Assembly (NCBI RefSeq): GCF_018350175.1
Contig: NC_058382.1
Span: 56,112,001 to 56,176,000 of the forward strand
Source: Felis catus
Lineage: Eukaryota
Reading direction: 5' to 3'
Length of the DNA: 64,000 bases
Part shown: positions 23,838 to 36,709 of the stretch, piece after piece
Numbering within the stretch: position 1 is the first letter of the stretch
Layout: each line of letters opens with the position of its first letter
The notes under the pieces: model-generated
Databases searched by the model: none
What the model saw: the letters and a program-made list of their open reading frames with translations, nothing else
What the model was told of the DNA's origin: nothing
Position numbers and translations under genes: made by a program

Positions 23838-24313
23838 GTTAACTTGAAAAATAAAACCTCTGGTAATTTTCACCAGCAAAAAAAAAGGTGTGTGTGTTGG
23901 GGGGGTGGGGGGTGGTTGGTATTTCGGGAGAGCCGAGCATTGCAATCCCAGACAAGCAAGTTGTGGCAAAACCACTGGGGAGTCCACAGCACAAAGCAGA
24001 GAAGCCCCTCTTTTAGAAAGGAAAGGAGCTAGTCAGGAAGGCTGTTGTAAACAAAAAGGCCATTGGAGTGAACTGGGAGTTTGAAGTACAGAGGCTTTTC
24101 ATTGGCTGAGTTGTGATGGTCTGTCATTGGCTGGGCTGTTTGGGGGCGGGGAGCCGTTCTTCCTCCTCATGAGATGGGAAAGTAGAGTGTACTTGAGAAG
24201 GGGGTCTCTTCTTATTGGGTCTGAAATTGGCCATAGGTGGTAGGGCCTGAGAACTTCCCCTACTGAACCTCCCAATTCCATTTTAGTGAGGGCTCTCTCT
24301 ATTAATTTTCACA
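23838..24313 (-). mobile_element. ERV1-class solo LTR
   Basis: The minus strand starts TGTGAAAA and carries a GC box, repeated CCAAT boxes and an LTR-like layout. Confidence 0.65.
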
Positions 24314-24434
24314 AGGTGGATAAATTACATTTTCCTAGATAAATAATCCTTGAATGGACCTATTAAGTAATGCCTGTATATGACCCTTAAAGAACATTCT
24401 TGCCCCCAACACAACATTTTTGTTTTACTTTCAA

Positions 24435-24665
24435 TTTTTTTTGAAGTTTTTAATGTTCATTCATTTTTGAGAGAGAGAGAGAGAGAGAGAGAGGGAGTGC
24501 ATGAGCAGGGGAGGGGCAGAGAGAGACGGAGACACCGAATCCAAAGCAGGCTCCAGGCTCTGAGCTAACAGCACAGAGCCAGACATGGGGCTCAAACTCA
24601 TGAACAGAGAGACCATGACCTGAGCTGAAGTCAGACACCAGCGGACTGAGCCACCCAGGCGTCCC
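24435..24665 (-). mobile_element. Can-SINE (SINEC_Fc)
   Basis: TSD ttactttcaa at 24425-24434 and 24666-24675. Confidence 0.96.
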
Positions 24666-24803
24666 TTACTTTCAAGTTTTAAATAATTTTTCTTAACAAT
24701 ATAATAACATTTTTTGCTATAAAAATGAAAAAGCAAAGACATACAAAATGTAGGCTTTTAAAAAACTAGACTCAGGGGTGTAATATTACTCTATCAAATT
24801 GCT

Positions 24804-25013
24804 TTTTTTAATTAAAAAATTTAATGTTTATTTTTGAGAGACAGAGCATAAGCAGGGGAAGGGCAGAGAGAGAGGGAGAGACAAAAATCTAAAGCAGGCT
24901 CCAGGCTCTGAGCCATCAGCACAGAGCCCAATGCGGGGTTCGAACCCGTGAACTGTGAGATCATAACCTGAGCCAAAGTCGGTGCTTAACTGACTGAACC
25001 ACTCAGGTGCCCC
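24804..25013 (-). mobile_element. Can-SINE (SINEC_Fc)
   Basis: TSD tcaaattgct at 24794-24803 and 25014-25023. Confidence 0.96.
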
Positions 25014-25449
25014 TCAAATTGCTGTATTTATCTTGTCATGGGCCCTTTACAAGGGTTTGGGCACTGGTGTCTGGACCACACCTTTAGTTTTGTAGACCTT
25101 AATAAGAGTAGCTGAGCTCACTTACCTTCCAGTTTTGGGTGTCTGCCTTCAAATTCTTGGAAGAGAAGCAATAGACTTGACATTGGTCAAGAGCCCCCAC
25201 TGTGATCTGGGAGATAGGTTTGGTAATTAGAGATCCATTCCCTAAAAAAAGGGCTCCAAGCAAAAACAAAGCAAAACAAAAACATCAGAGGCATTCACAC
25301 AGTTACTGAGATCTGAGAGCTATGGCCCAAACAAGCTGGGGACTGGGGCAGTGCAGGGTTTTGATCACAGGGAAAGATGTTGATAAACCACCATATTCGA
25401 ACATCATTTGGGCTTCCACATTTAAGTTTTCAGTCACGTGGCCAACAGC

Positions 25450-25925
25450 TCAAGGTACAACTTCCCAAAATATCACCAGATGACTCATGTTAATAAAGCA
25501 CAGGTACATTTATTTAAGCCTACTTCCATAAGGAACACCACCTTGACAGAATCTTAGCAACGTCTCAGAAGGTGGAATTCAGAATGGATATTTATAGGGT
25601 TTGCGAGGAGGGTCCAGGCTCTCATGATTTAAGGTAGGAAACTGACATCTGGTAAAACTCATGACATACTGATTTAGTATTGGTAGGCATGGCATAGCGA
25701 GGTTCTTAGGTAAGCCTTGAATTAAGACCTCCAAGTTGTTTTGATAAATGCTCTGGTGGGCAGACTGTCCCCTCCTGAAACAGTAAAGTTTTTTACTGGT
25801 TTAGTCTTATCTTTCTTGAGCAAAGTTTTCTGGTAACAAACAGTTCTTTCAAGTTGATACACTGGTCTTAGTTCTTGGTTCTTAATAGCTGTGCCATATT
25901 GATGTGGGTGGTCTCAGCTCTCACA
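25450..25925 (-). mobile_element. ERV1-class solo LTR (MER110/MER89-like)
   Basis: The minus strand starts TGTGAGAGCTGAGACCACC. Also caccttgacagaatcttagcaacgtctcaga, with a TATA-like tttata and a poly(A)-like tttatt on the plus strand. Confidence 0.5.
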
Positions 25926-28774
25926 ACATGGTACTTTGCATGTTTTCTAAGTCAGAATTTCCTAAACTTCTGTCTACACAACACTGTCCTATAGAATGGT
26001 AATAGGAATGCACAATGGAGAACAATATTTTGAAGCTAAGTAAGTTTGGAGAATGCTGAGGGGCAGGAGGGGTTGGTTTGTATTTTAACTATAGGCCACT
26101 TTTAAAATGTGAAAAGTGTGCAGTAAATGTTCCAGAGGCCTACAGACTTGCCTCAGAATGAAACCCCTTACCAGTCAAAAAGAGTTCATTCAATCCTCCC
26201 TAAACCACAGACCTTCTACCTGCACCCCAGACTCAAGCTACGTTTCCATTCTCACCTGGGGGCTAGGTTAGAACCGCTCCTCTGAGACCCAAACCTTGTC
26301 TTTCTTCCTGAGGAGAGGGAAAAGTAGAAATATTTTTCTTTTTCATTCTTTCTTTCTGCTGAGCTCATAGGAAAGAAGGTGGAGTAAAATGCTGAGAAAT
26401 AAACATACCTTTAAAATAGGTTCTGTCACATAATGACTTTGGAGTCAGGCTCAGAAGCCAGACTTTCTGAGACCCAGGGAACCTTCCCATCTGTCTCCCT
26501 CTCTAGCAGCCTCCCTGTCTCCTTTACACGGGTTAAAAGGTCCCAGGGTGGGTGGAAACCTCTCCTCCATGCAATCCTGATTTAGCTCTACCTCAGGCTT
26601 ACAGTAAAATGTTTGCAAATTAGACAGCCCTTTTCTGGCTTTCAGGACTCTTGTTTTGCTTAAGTCATTAGGCCGAATATTAAATCTTTCACTCTCTTTG
26701 CACTCCTGATTCAACATCCTAATCCTCCCTACGGCAAAAGATGCCTCTGGCAAAAGAGCAGGGAGGTCAACTAGGAAAATCTGAAAAGAAAGGCACCTAA
26801 GTAAATTTTCATAAGATGGCCCCCCCTTGCTTGAGGCACAGACCCAAGCTTACAAGCAGGCAGGAAGCCACTGTATAACCACCCAGGAGTTGAAAATAGA
26901 GGTTGGTTCTGGAACCCCCCCTGTGGGTTGATGGCTTTAGCCAGCTTGCCTGTCTTAGTCAGAATTTTTTAAAGATCAGGTAGGTTTGAGTAGGGGTAGA
27001 GGCGTCAATACTGGCCATTGGCAGGAATCAGGAGATCTGGGCAGCCTTTAGGGGATTTACAAACCTCTAGGAAGTTATTGGTGACTGAGCACAAAACCCC
27101 TGGTGCTTTTATCTTTATCACTCTGTCTCCACCAAGACTCCAAGCACCAAGACTCCATCTCCAGTATTTATGCCCTTCTAGGTGTCACCTGAGTATCTGG
27201 GATTGAGACATTTAAAATAAGGGTAGGTCTGATTTTAGTGAGCATTTTAAAAAGGCAGCAAAATGTTATGTTCTACCTCTTCAGATCCCACCAGCTTTGG
27301 ACTATCCCAGGGAGAGGAGCCAACGTTTCCCGAAGCTTCCCAGGCTGGGTACATGCTTTTTACCATCCCAACTCTGGTCCTCATAGCATCTGTGACAGGC
27401 AAACCCCCAAGCTCTGCAATCTGAGCACTGGGATCTAAGTGCCACCTCTCAGGCTTAGTAGCTCTGTGGCCTGGGTGAAGTAACTTAACTTCTCAGGGCT
27501 TCTGTTCCTTCTAAAAGGCAAGCATCAGTGAGGTACTGAAGGTGAATCTAAAGCTGACACACAGACACTGCGCAGTAAATGGTAGTTATGTATATCAATT
27601 AATGCTATTTAATGATGGGCTTCCAAACCTCACTTTGAGCTCTGTGACTAAATGATGTATACTGTACTACATACAGACTTTGTTCAGGCTCTATCCTATC
27701 CCTCCAGATATTTTCCACTTTGCAATGGGAGGCACTCACCTCCCCAGTGGAGCCTCCTGTTTCTCCTCCTACCCACACGCTTAATCCCATAAACCGGCTC
27801 TGGGCACAGGTACCTGGTTGAGGGGCCCAAATGTTTCGAGTTTATTATTAAAATGTTTGCCGTTACATTTACACAGTGCCCGACTGGGTTGATTGCTTCA
27901 TATATCGACAGTACTAAAGCGCATACTGAATGTTTTGCCTGCCAAGGGCCTTCATCTCGTTCAGCCTGAGCATATATAAAAGTGATTGGAATGGGAGCGT
28001 TTGCTCTGTTATTTTGGTGATGGATTTAGGGAAATGGAAAATAGCAAATTGCTTTGTTTCTGGACCTTTGCCAGGTCCTTCCTGGTTATGGATACCACTT
28101 GCCTGGTTGATTGAAGAAGGCCAGCTGCTATTCTAATAGCTTAAATCAATGGCCAACGGTGCCGATTCGCACGTGTGTCATGCTCAGTGCAGTGACACGC
28201 ATCTTATAACTACAAATTAATAACTTTCCTATTATGTATCAGTACGATGCTGTATTTCACAAGTGGATCAGCCCTTCAATACTAACATTGACACTGAGGT
28301 CAACTCCACTTTTATTACGTCCTTGAGGAGATTTAGATACAACTCCTGTCCTCGAGTACAGAAGTCCATGCAACAACCTCAGTTTCCACATTTATGAAAC
28401 AGACTGAGTAAGGCCCAGGTCCTGGGGCTGGGAAAATACAATGAGATGCAGTCTTTGAGAGCATTTTTAAAGACGTTAAGCATTACCCTCTGATATCCGG
28501 TGCCTCTTTAGGAAAGATTTCTGTCTGTGTTTACGTCAACTCTTTCACATGGAATGTGTGGTTGACTTACTATATGCAACATCAGTTTCCAGTGTTTTGT
28601 TGTTATTTTTACTTTTGTGCGATATGTTTGGAAAAGGCACATGGCCAGGGGTGACTCAGTGGCTGAGCTTATCTATGACATGTGACGGTGAAAGTGTTTG
28701 GGTTGATTAAGGCTTCATTCAGTCTGTGCCTCTGGGCGATCTTGCATGGAGGCCTAAGCCTGAACTTTGGGTGG

Positions 28775-29189
28775 TTTTATTGGCTGGGGTCTCCAGTAAG
28801 ATGACTCAGAGATGGACATTGGTATGTGGGAAGTTTATTAGGGAGTGCTTTGGGGGTGGTCACATGGAGCAGAGCTGGGTAGACGAGAAACAGTGCTCTG
28901 ATACAGTCTCACCAAAGACTCAGCCAATCTCCAGGGATCTCTGAAGCCAGCATGCCCCTTCAGAGTAGTCTTGAATTGGGTGAGAGTACCAGGCCTTTTT
29001 AGCTCAATGGTGATCTGTCACTGGATGTGGGCCATGGGAAAGAAGTACAATCCTAGGGGAGAAGACCCTTTATAGCCAAGGCATTTCCAGAGAGGGGCTG
29101 ACAGTCAAAGATGGTCCCCAAAGGCTGGGAAAATAAATCTTTCAGCCCTGAAGAGAAATCTGACAGGTGCATTGCAGCATCCACTATAG
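28775..29189 (-). mobile_element. ERVL solo LTR (LTR16-like)
   Basis: gggaagtttattagggagtgc...ctcagccaatctccagggatctctgaagc...gcagcatccactata. Confidence 0.72.
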
Positions 29190-30279
29190 TTAGGTCTAAA
29201 ACAAAGCCATCTGGTACCCACTGAGATAGCTCCCAGTAGTCACTGCTGCCCTTGGAGACAGACACCCACTTCCTAGCATTTTGACCTGGCACGGTGGTCG
29301 GGGGGAGGCTGAAGACTGACTGCTCCCTCCTGTGGTACCATAGCTAAGCACTGGTTTGTGACCCCTGTACCTCCTTCTCTTCCTAGCTTCCATTCTTCTG
29401 AGCATGGCAGCATGCCGTATCCACCCCCACCTTCTGAAGTAGCACTCACTGGTGTTTGTTTGTTTGTTTGTTTGTTAATCTGTAATCCCATACAATTTCT
29501 ATCTTTCAGGAGTTTTACCTTTCAGGTATCCTATCATTAACTTTCACATATGATTATTTTTGTGTGTGATTATTTTTGTCATTATTTTAGGCGTCTATGT
29601 TTGTATTAATTTAGGTAGAAATAAGTTCTCAGCTTAGTCTACCATCTTGAATAAAAGTCTTCATAGTATTATAAAGGTGGATTTTAATGTGTAAAAATAT
29701 ACAAATTTTTTAAGCAGAAGATGAATAACATAATGTTTTTAGTGATTTTCTTTCACAAAATAAAGATAGACTAGAATTTTCTAAAGGAACAGAATAAAGA
29801 GGATGCTGAGGTCATAAAAACAATTCTCTTGACCCATCCTTTCTAAACTCTTGAGAGCAAAGGCAGAATCCATCTCAGGAATTTGAAAATGGAAATTAAT
29901 TATGGATATGCCGGAGCATGTGACGTTTGAAGGTGTATTGGGCTGATGATCCTCGACACTTGTAAGAGGAGGGGCCGGATGCTTTGGGAAATGTTAACAG
30001 AACTTTGCTCCCTGTCGCATTTGCTCCTGGTATTACATATTCAATCTGAACTCTCTAGGAAGGGCAAATGATCCAGTTGAGAAAGACTTCTTGAAAAAGA
30101 AATATTATTTAATTAATGTCTGTGTCGATGGTGATTGATGTATGAGGTCACCTGAGGACAGTTCACACTCTTCTGGATGTTTCCTTGCTTTCTTTTACCA
30201 TATTTGATAGTGTGTTCTACAGATCCAGGCTATATTTAAAATTTCCAGAATTAAAAAAAAATAGATACAAATTTTTTTT

Positions 30280-30505
30280 TATGTACAAGTATGTTACTCA
30301 GAGCCCAATTTATAATAAGGAAAATTCAGAAACAGCTCATGGAAGAGCTACATAAATTCTGATACACCCATATGACTGAGTATTATGTGGCCCTGAAAAT
30401 ACATTCCTGAAAAATATTTAAAGACATGGAAAAATGTCACGATCAGATGCTAAGTGAGAAAAGCAAAATGCAACACAGTGTAAATGTAAAACCAATTAGA
30501 TCCGA
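30280..30505 (+). mobile_element. Ancient L1 (L1ME-like) fragment
   Basis: gacatggaaaaatgtcacgatcagatgctaagtgagaaaagcaaaatgcaa. Confidence 0.6.
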
Positions 30506-30824
30506 AATGCTGTATTTGTTTTTAAAAAGCCTGCTAGAATATAGTCCCCTGGAATTTCCTCAACATTAATACTAGGCTTATTTATTAAATGTTATTAGGT
30601 AAATATTTTTTTTGTAGCCTAGTGAGTACAAGAGGGTTTATTATGTAACTGTTTCCTTAGCAAAATGCTTATTTTAGAAAGTAGAGGAAAGCCAAAATGT
30701 ATTTCCTTCACAAAACCCTACAACTTGGGTATTTGTCCATCATCTTTCCTGCCCCTGAGTCTCTCTTCACTGTTGGCATTACCCATTGGATGGAGCCCTT
30801 CCAGGATGGCAGCACTGAGGGGCT

Positions 30825-31015
30825 GACAGTTCTTAGTCAATGCTTGCTCTTCTGCACCTAATGTTGTGGCCCCAAGCAAGTTACCTATAACTTCTCTGAA
30901 TCTCAGTTCTCCAGTCTGTAAGATGGGTGCAGTAATCATACCTGATTCTACTTGTCTGGTGTAGATTAAATGAAGTAATGCATAAAGTGCAAAGCACGGT
31001 GAGGAGACCATCACT
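30825..31015 (+). mobile_element. MIR SINE
   Basis: gcaagttacctataacttctctgaatctcagttctccagtctgtaagatggg...gattaaatga. Confidence 0.8.
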
Positions 31016-31700
31016 CGATGTGTTTTAAAGATAAGTGATTAACTAGGGGCAAGAAACAAATGGCCAAAAAGCATTTCCAGCCTCTACACTGTTCCCCACT
31101 GCGTCAGACCCAGGAGGACCCTGAGGTGCAGTGGGACGTGGGGGTATCGTTGAGCCACGAACACAAAGTCACATTGCTGCAGGTCTCCTGGCCTCCTCTT
31201 AGGACTTTGCCTGCTGCATTTCTGCGTGGTGTCTACTCTAACATGTGTTCTCCTTAGAGCAGACTTGGAAGGAGTGGGAGGTCGTTGTGGTCCATTTTAG
31301 GAGGAACATTTGACAGAAGAAAGTGGCTATAAAATCTAAACAGGTTAACATTTTGTTATTTGGATTTCAATGTGAAAATTTGATTTATTATGTAACTCGT
31401 GTTTTATCACAGAGGTGACTGATGGGTGTGATTGAAAATTGGATTCCAGAATGTTGTCCCAGCCTGCGGCACTTTCTAGATAAACATTCTAGAGTGGTGT
31501 TTCGGCATTTTCTTCCCCAAAATGACGTATACGTTAAAAAATATATAGGTGGCTGGAAAATCGTATGTCAGAATATTAGCGGTTATTATTTCTGGGTGGT
31601 TGGATTACAAGCAATATTCACTTTTTCTTTGATTTTCTTCTCACCTCCCTTTTTAATAGTGAGGCTGTATTGTTTGTGTTTTAAAGAAAATGATGTTCAT

Positions 31701-31910
31701 AGGGCACCTGGGGGGCTCAGTCAGTTGAGCATCCACCTTCAGCTCAGGTTATGATCTCGTGGTCCGTGAATTCGAGCCCCGCGCTGGGCTCTGTGCTGAC
31801 AGCTTGGAGTCTGCTTTAGATTCTGTGTCTCCCTCTCTCTCTGCCCCTCTTCTGCTTGTGCTCTGACTCTCTCACTCTCACAAATTAATGAATGTTAAAA
31901 TTAAAGAAAA
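31701..31910 (+). mobile_element. Can-SINE (SINEC_Fc) in the A-rich tail of an old L1 fragment
   Basis: TSD aaagaaaatgatgtt at 31683-31697 and 31911-31925. Confidence 0.95.
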
Positions 31911-32001
31911 AAAGAAAATGATGTTGCTTTAAAAAAATCCCCTAACAATAAGCTGTAGAGAAATACCTTAAGTTCAGCACACTTGATTTAGAAAAGCCTG
32001 A

Positions 32002-32003
<2 letters not shown>

Positions 32004-32037
<34 letters not shown>
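32004..32037. repeat. (CA)n microsatellite
   Basis: Read directly from the sequence. Confidence 0.96.
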
Positions 32038-32039
<2 letters not shown>

Positions 32040-32204
32040 ATTTTTTTTCTTCCCGTTGCATAAAATTGACATTGGAACTTAAAAAAAAATAAGTAGCAGG
32101 AGTTTCCAGAGCATGTAACTTATGATTCATTTTACACTTCTGATTTCATAAGTTATTGCCATCGTGTGAAATAAGGTACCCAAGTGTTTCAACCATATTA
32201 ACGG

Positions 32205-32410
32205 CATATAATAAGTGCTAATCTTTACTAGTGGAATATTACCAGGATCAGGCAAGGTCCAGCTGCCCTGCCAGGAATCCACTCAGCCCCCTCAGAGGCA
32301 GGCATTAGTATCATCCCCATTTGACAGACGTGGAGACCAGGCACGGGATCACTCACTTCCCAAGGTCCCACAGATTCCATCTGGGCAGTCTGGCTCCACA
32401 GTCTCTTCCG
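32205..32410 (-). mobile_element. MIR SINE
   Basis: atcatccccatttgacagacgtggagaccaggcac...cttcccaaggtcccacag. Confidence 0.7.
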
Positions 32411-32547
32411 TCTGCCTCTGCTGTCTCTGACTGATGCACACGCGTTTCAGGCAAACCTGTGGAGAGCTGCGTGTTAGCTGGCTGGCTATTCACGTGGTCA
32501 CCTCTGCTGGACGGGGCTGCAGGGTCACATGTGTTGTCTCATTTCTT

Positions 32548-32774
32548 TTTTTTTTTTTTTTTTTTTAACTTTTTAACGTTTATATATTTTTGAGAGAGAG
32601 AGAGAGCACGAGTTGGGGAGGGACAGAGAGAGGGGAGGGAGACAGAATCCAAAGCAGGCTCTAGGCTCTGAGCTGCCAGCACAGAGCCCAGTGCGGGGCT
32701 TGAACTCACAAACTGTAAGATCATGACCTGAGCCGAAGTCGGACACTCAACTGACTGAGCCACCCAGGCGCCCT
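32548..32774 (-). mobile_element. Can-SINE (SINEC_Fc)
   Basis: TSD tgttgtctca(t/c)ttctt at 32532-32547 and 32777-32792. Confidence 0.96.
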
Positions 32775-33617
32775 CTTGTTGTCTCACTTCTTAACCGTGC
32801 TGGAGAACACATGTGCAGGGGCCAAGGGTGATTTTTATTTTCTCTGGTTTCTTTCCTGCCTTCCATCCTTCCGTTCTTCATCCTCTTCCTTCCTTCTTCC
32901 CCACTTTCTCCCACTCTCCCTCCCTCCCTTGCTTTATTCCTTGCTTCTTTCTTTCATCCTTTTTGGAAAACACAAACCAAAAGGGCATACAAAATAATAC
33001 TTAATTAAAAAAATCTACTCATACTCTTAGTAGGATTTTTACCAAGCCCTTTTGTTTTCTGTTCACTCTTTCTGATATGAATAATGCCCACTCTATTTCT
33101 TGGGTTATTAGGAAGAAAAATAGTGTTTTGATTTTTTAAAAAGAAACTGTTTAAGTGAAGGGTGCCTGTGTAAGCCTGCCATTTTTAATGCAAGGATTCA
33201 ATAAATCCTAGACTTTGCATCTAATGTGTCGAGGTCTGAAGAGATCTGTCCTATGAGAGAGTTCACTAATTTCAATTATCTGATTTTTATTATCACCTTC
33301 TGTGGGTCGGAGACAGGATTTTATAGAATGCTGTCACCTGAGGCTGTGACAATGGGGTTTCACACCATTAAATCCAGAAAGCATAAGAGAAAGGATAAGA
33401 AATGAGAGGGCTTAAAGACATGCTAGTTTTATCGTGAAAAATAGGACCTAGTGAGCGGCTATGAGACATAAAAGTAGGGAGTGCTCACTCGTGATCCATG
33501 CCTTTGCATGTGAACTGCTTCTATGAATAATTAATTTCATGTTAATTATTATTCTCATCACCATTGTATCACTGCAGTTGTACTTAGTAGCAAGGAAAAG
33601 GCCAGGTAGCGTGATGT

Positions 33618-33830
33618 AGGGAAAGCTCTCAGACTCGAGTGTGCATCGGAATCACAGAGTGGGGAGAATGTGTTTGCAAAATGCAGGTTGCCAGGTCTCA
33701 TGCTGATGCCAGCCCTTACGCTCAGTTCAGACTGGTACGACTGGGGTGGAACCTGGGAATATGCATCCTTGTCAAGCATCTCAGTCGATTCTAATGTGGG
33801 TGGTATGAGGACGACACTCAGAGACACTGG
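33618..33830. mobile_element. hAT-Charlie MITE, MER5A/B-like
   Basis: gtgtgcatcggaatcac...ggggtggaacctgggaatatgcat...gattctaatg...cactcagagacactg. Confidence 0.75.
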
Positions 33831-34260
33831 TGTGGAGCCCATGCTTTGTCACCCGTTCGTCTCAACACGATTTATCTTCCCAGCACCTCTTTGGCACAAT
33901 ATTTAGTCAGAATTTGTTTCTCACCCGTATGAGGGATACATAAGCCCACTCTTTGCTCTCAGAGCTGCCTGTCTGGGGCAAGGTAGCTCAGTGGAGACAT
34001 AGCCATTATGCTGATCATAGGGGTCATCACCATCTCCAGTCCTTGCTCTGTGCCCGGGACAGTGTTGGGGCTTCATGAACAGAGCATATTCCTAAAGAGC
34101 TCACTGATTGGAGCCCAATTGCTTGGGTCCAAATCTTGACTCTTCAATTTACTGTGTAGTCTTGGGCAAATTATTTAACCTCCTGGTGCCTTAGTTTCCT
34201 CATATGTAAAAAAGGGATAATTGTAATACCCACATCTTAGGTTCTTTGGGGGATGTATTA

Positions 34261-34461
34261 ATTTTTTTTAACGTTTTATTTATTTTTGAGAGACAGAGTG
34301 TGAGCAGGGGAAGGGCAGAGAGAGAGAGACAGTATCCGAAGCAGGCTCCAGGTTCTAAGCTGTCAGCCTAGAGCCTGACACAGGGATCGAACCCACCAAC
34401 CATGAGATCATGACCTGAGCCGACGTCGAATGCTTAACCGACTGAGGCACCCAGGCGCCCC
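34261..34461 (-). mobile_element. Can-SINE (SINEC_Fc), left arm of an inverted pair
   Basis: Ends ggcgcccc at 34461. Degenerate TSD tgggggatgtatta / tagggaatgtactta. Confidence 0.96.
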
Positions 34462-34488
34462 TAGGGAATGTACTTAAAAATTACTATA

Positions 34489-34663
34489 GGGGCGCCTGGA
34501 TGGCTCAGTTGGTTAAACATCCAACATTGGCTCAGGTCATGATCTCATGGTTCATGTGTTTGAGCCCCATGTTGGGCTCTCTGCTGTCAGCATGGAGCCC
34601 GCTTCCCATTCTCTGTCTCCCTCTCTCTGCTTCTGCCTCGCTCTCTCTCTCAAATAAATATTA
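34489..34663 (+). mobile_element. Can-SINE (SINEC_Fc), right arm of an inverted pair
   Basis: Starts ggggcgcc at 34489. TSD taaaaattactata at 34475-34488 and 34664-34677. Confidence 0.96.
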
Positions 34664-35984
34664 TAAAAATTACTATAAATAAAACTCCTAGAGCAATGTC
34701 TGGCCAATAGTCAAGTGTCATGTAAGTGTTAAATAAATATAACCATTGTTGATCAAATTCGTGCATGTACACATGTTCTCTCTTTCCTTTTCCTACTTTA
34801 TTTCCAACATAATGCAGATATGTTCTTGTAGCTGACAGACTTTTAACGTGGAGACCAGTTTTTGGAGCCTCTGTGCCTTGGGGAAGGAAATCTGCAGGTA
34901 TTAGATGGGTTTGGCAGCCAGCAGAGGCATGCAGCTGGGGAAGGGAGACTCCCTGGGGTGGGGGTTTTAGAAGAGAGAGCTGGATTCAGCCCTTCGAACT
35001 AGGAGAGCTGACGGGTAACAAAACGAGGCTCCCTCAGTTGTCTGATGTAGCAGACAAAGCAAGATATTTAGTTAATAGCAGCAGCCTGGTGCCTATAATT
35101 TTCAAGTCCTGGGAGGCACATTATGTTGCCCAGAGTAAGCAGAGAGGTAGAGGAGGGAAGTAAGAAAAGTTAGGGAGAATCTATTTCCCGTGTCCCTTGT
35201 TGTAGTATTTGACTCACCTCAAGTTAACACTAATAGAACATTTGCTCAGAAATGTCATCGCTGAAATAAACGCGTTAAATTTAAACTCTGACTGCCCCAA
35301 TTCATCTGTTATGCAGTTGAACTGGGAACAGCTCAGACTTAAAAGGCATCTCCAAGTTTTTCTCAGCCAACAAGACTTAGGCCACTTTGTTTTCTCAGAT
35401 TGTGCAGACTTGTCCAATTTTTGGATGAAAGTCCTTTGGATACTCGGCAACCATACTATTTTTCCTCCAATCGTCGACTTAAAATATAAAGCAGAAGCTG
35501 TGAAAGAAAAAAAAAAAAACCAACCCAAAGTTCCTTCACATCTTTATTTTCTAGCCAACTATGGCTTTAGTCTAAAGCTCTCTCTTTTAGGGAGAAAAAT
35601 CACATTTGTACATTTTCTCGTGGTTGGCTGGACTTACCCACAGATTCTTGGGTGATATTCAGGAGGATGCTTTGTGTTTTGGCTGTGTTGGAATTTTTCT
35701 TCGGGGACTATATATAGCAGTGGAGGGGGGGTGGTGTTCAGCTCTTTCTCAGCCTAGAACTAACTCATCCTTTTGCAAGAGATGCATACAAAGACCATAG
35801 CACGTTGGGAACTATTTTTTTTGCTTTCCATTGTAACACTTTTAATATAAAATAGATTTTCGTAGTTTGGTTACAGATGCAGTATACTGTGGAAAATTTG
35901 GTTATCCTGAAAAAGCACAATGAAGGAAATAAAACCATAAAGGACCCACAAAGAAATAACTAGTTTTATGTGTTTTTTTCCTAT

Positions 35985-36075
35985 TTATCCACTCATCCAT
36001 CCATCCATCCATCCATCCATTCATCCTTCCCTCCTTCCATCTATCCATGTATTCATCTTTCCATCTCTCCACCCC
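35985..36075. repeat. Imperfect (CCAT)n repeat
   Basis: Read directly from the sequence. Confidence 0.9.
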
Positions 36076-36134
36076 TTCATGCTTTCACTCATCCCAGGAA
36101 GAAATAATGGTACCTTAAGAGTACTCTTAAGGTA

Positions 36135-36378
36135 CGGTATAGTAGTGGTGATGAGTACAGGCCCTTCATGGTGTGCTTTATGCTTTCAAATCCTGGCTGT
36201 GCCCAGCACTTTCTGTAACCTTGGGCAAGTTTTTATGGTTTCTTTTCCTCCCTTATAAAACGACGTTAATAATAGTGCCTCCTTATACATTGTGTCAGGA
36301 TTTAATGATATAATCCATATAAGATGATTGGCAAAGTGCCTGACATAAAGGGAAGTTCTGAATAGATATTAGCTATCC
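36135..36378 (+). mobile_element. MIR SINE (near full length)
   Basis: tagtagtggtgatgagtacagg...aaccttgggcaagt...aggatttaatga...gtgcctgacata...ttagcta. Confidence 0.85.
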
Positions 36379-36522
36379 TCATCATTATTGTGACTCTGGC
36401 TTATTTCATAGAGTTACCAAGCTCTGATAAAACATATAGAAACTACTTAATTCAGTGCATAGATATTATGATTGTAAATGCAGCAATATACAGATGTGTA
36501 TTTTGTTTGTGTTACTGATATC

Positions 36523-36617
36523 CGAGCCCCGTGTTGGGCTCTGTGCTGACAGGTTGGGGCCTGAGGTCTGCTTCAGATTCTGTGTCTCCCTCTCTCTGTG
36601 CCCTTCCCCTGCTCACA

Positions 36618-36654
<37 letters not shown>

Positions 36655-36701
36655 AGAAATAAACATTAAAACAAATAAATAACAATAAATAAATACATAA
36701 A
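36523..36701 (+). mobile_element. 5'-truncated Can-SINE (SINEC_Fc)
   Basis: Starts mid B-box at cgagccccgtgttgggctctgtgctgac, with (CTGT)n/(CT)n and an (AAAT)n tail. Possible TSD tg(a/c)tatc. Confidence 0.92.
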
Positions 36702-36709
36702 TGCTATCT

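Larger units (their letters stand above)
34105..34740 (+). mobile_element. MIR interrupted by two Can-SINEs
   Basis: 5' part cttgggcaaattatttaacctcctggtgccttagtttcctcat. 3' part tagagcaatgtctggccaatag lies after the SINEs. Confidence 0.8.

Noticed and set aside
35209..35655. 148-aa ORF
   Set aside because: Non-ATG start, no recognisable domain, runs through an A-tract and has no clear exon boundaries.
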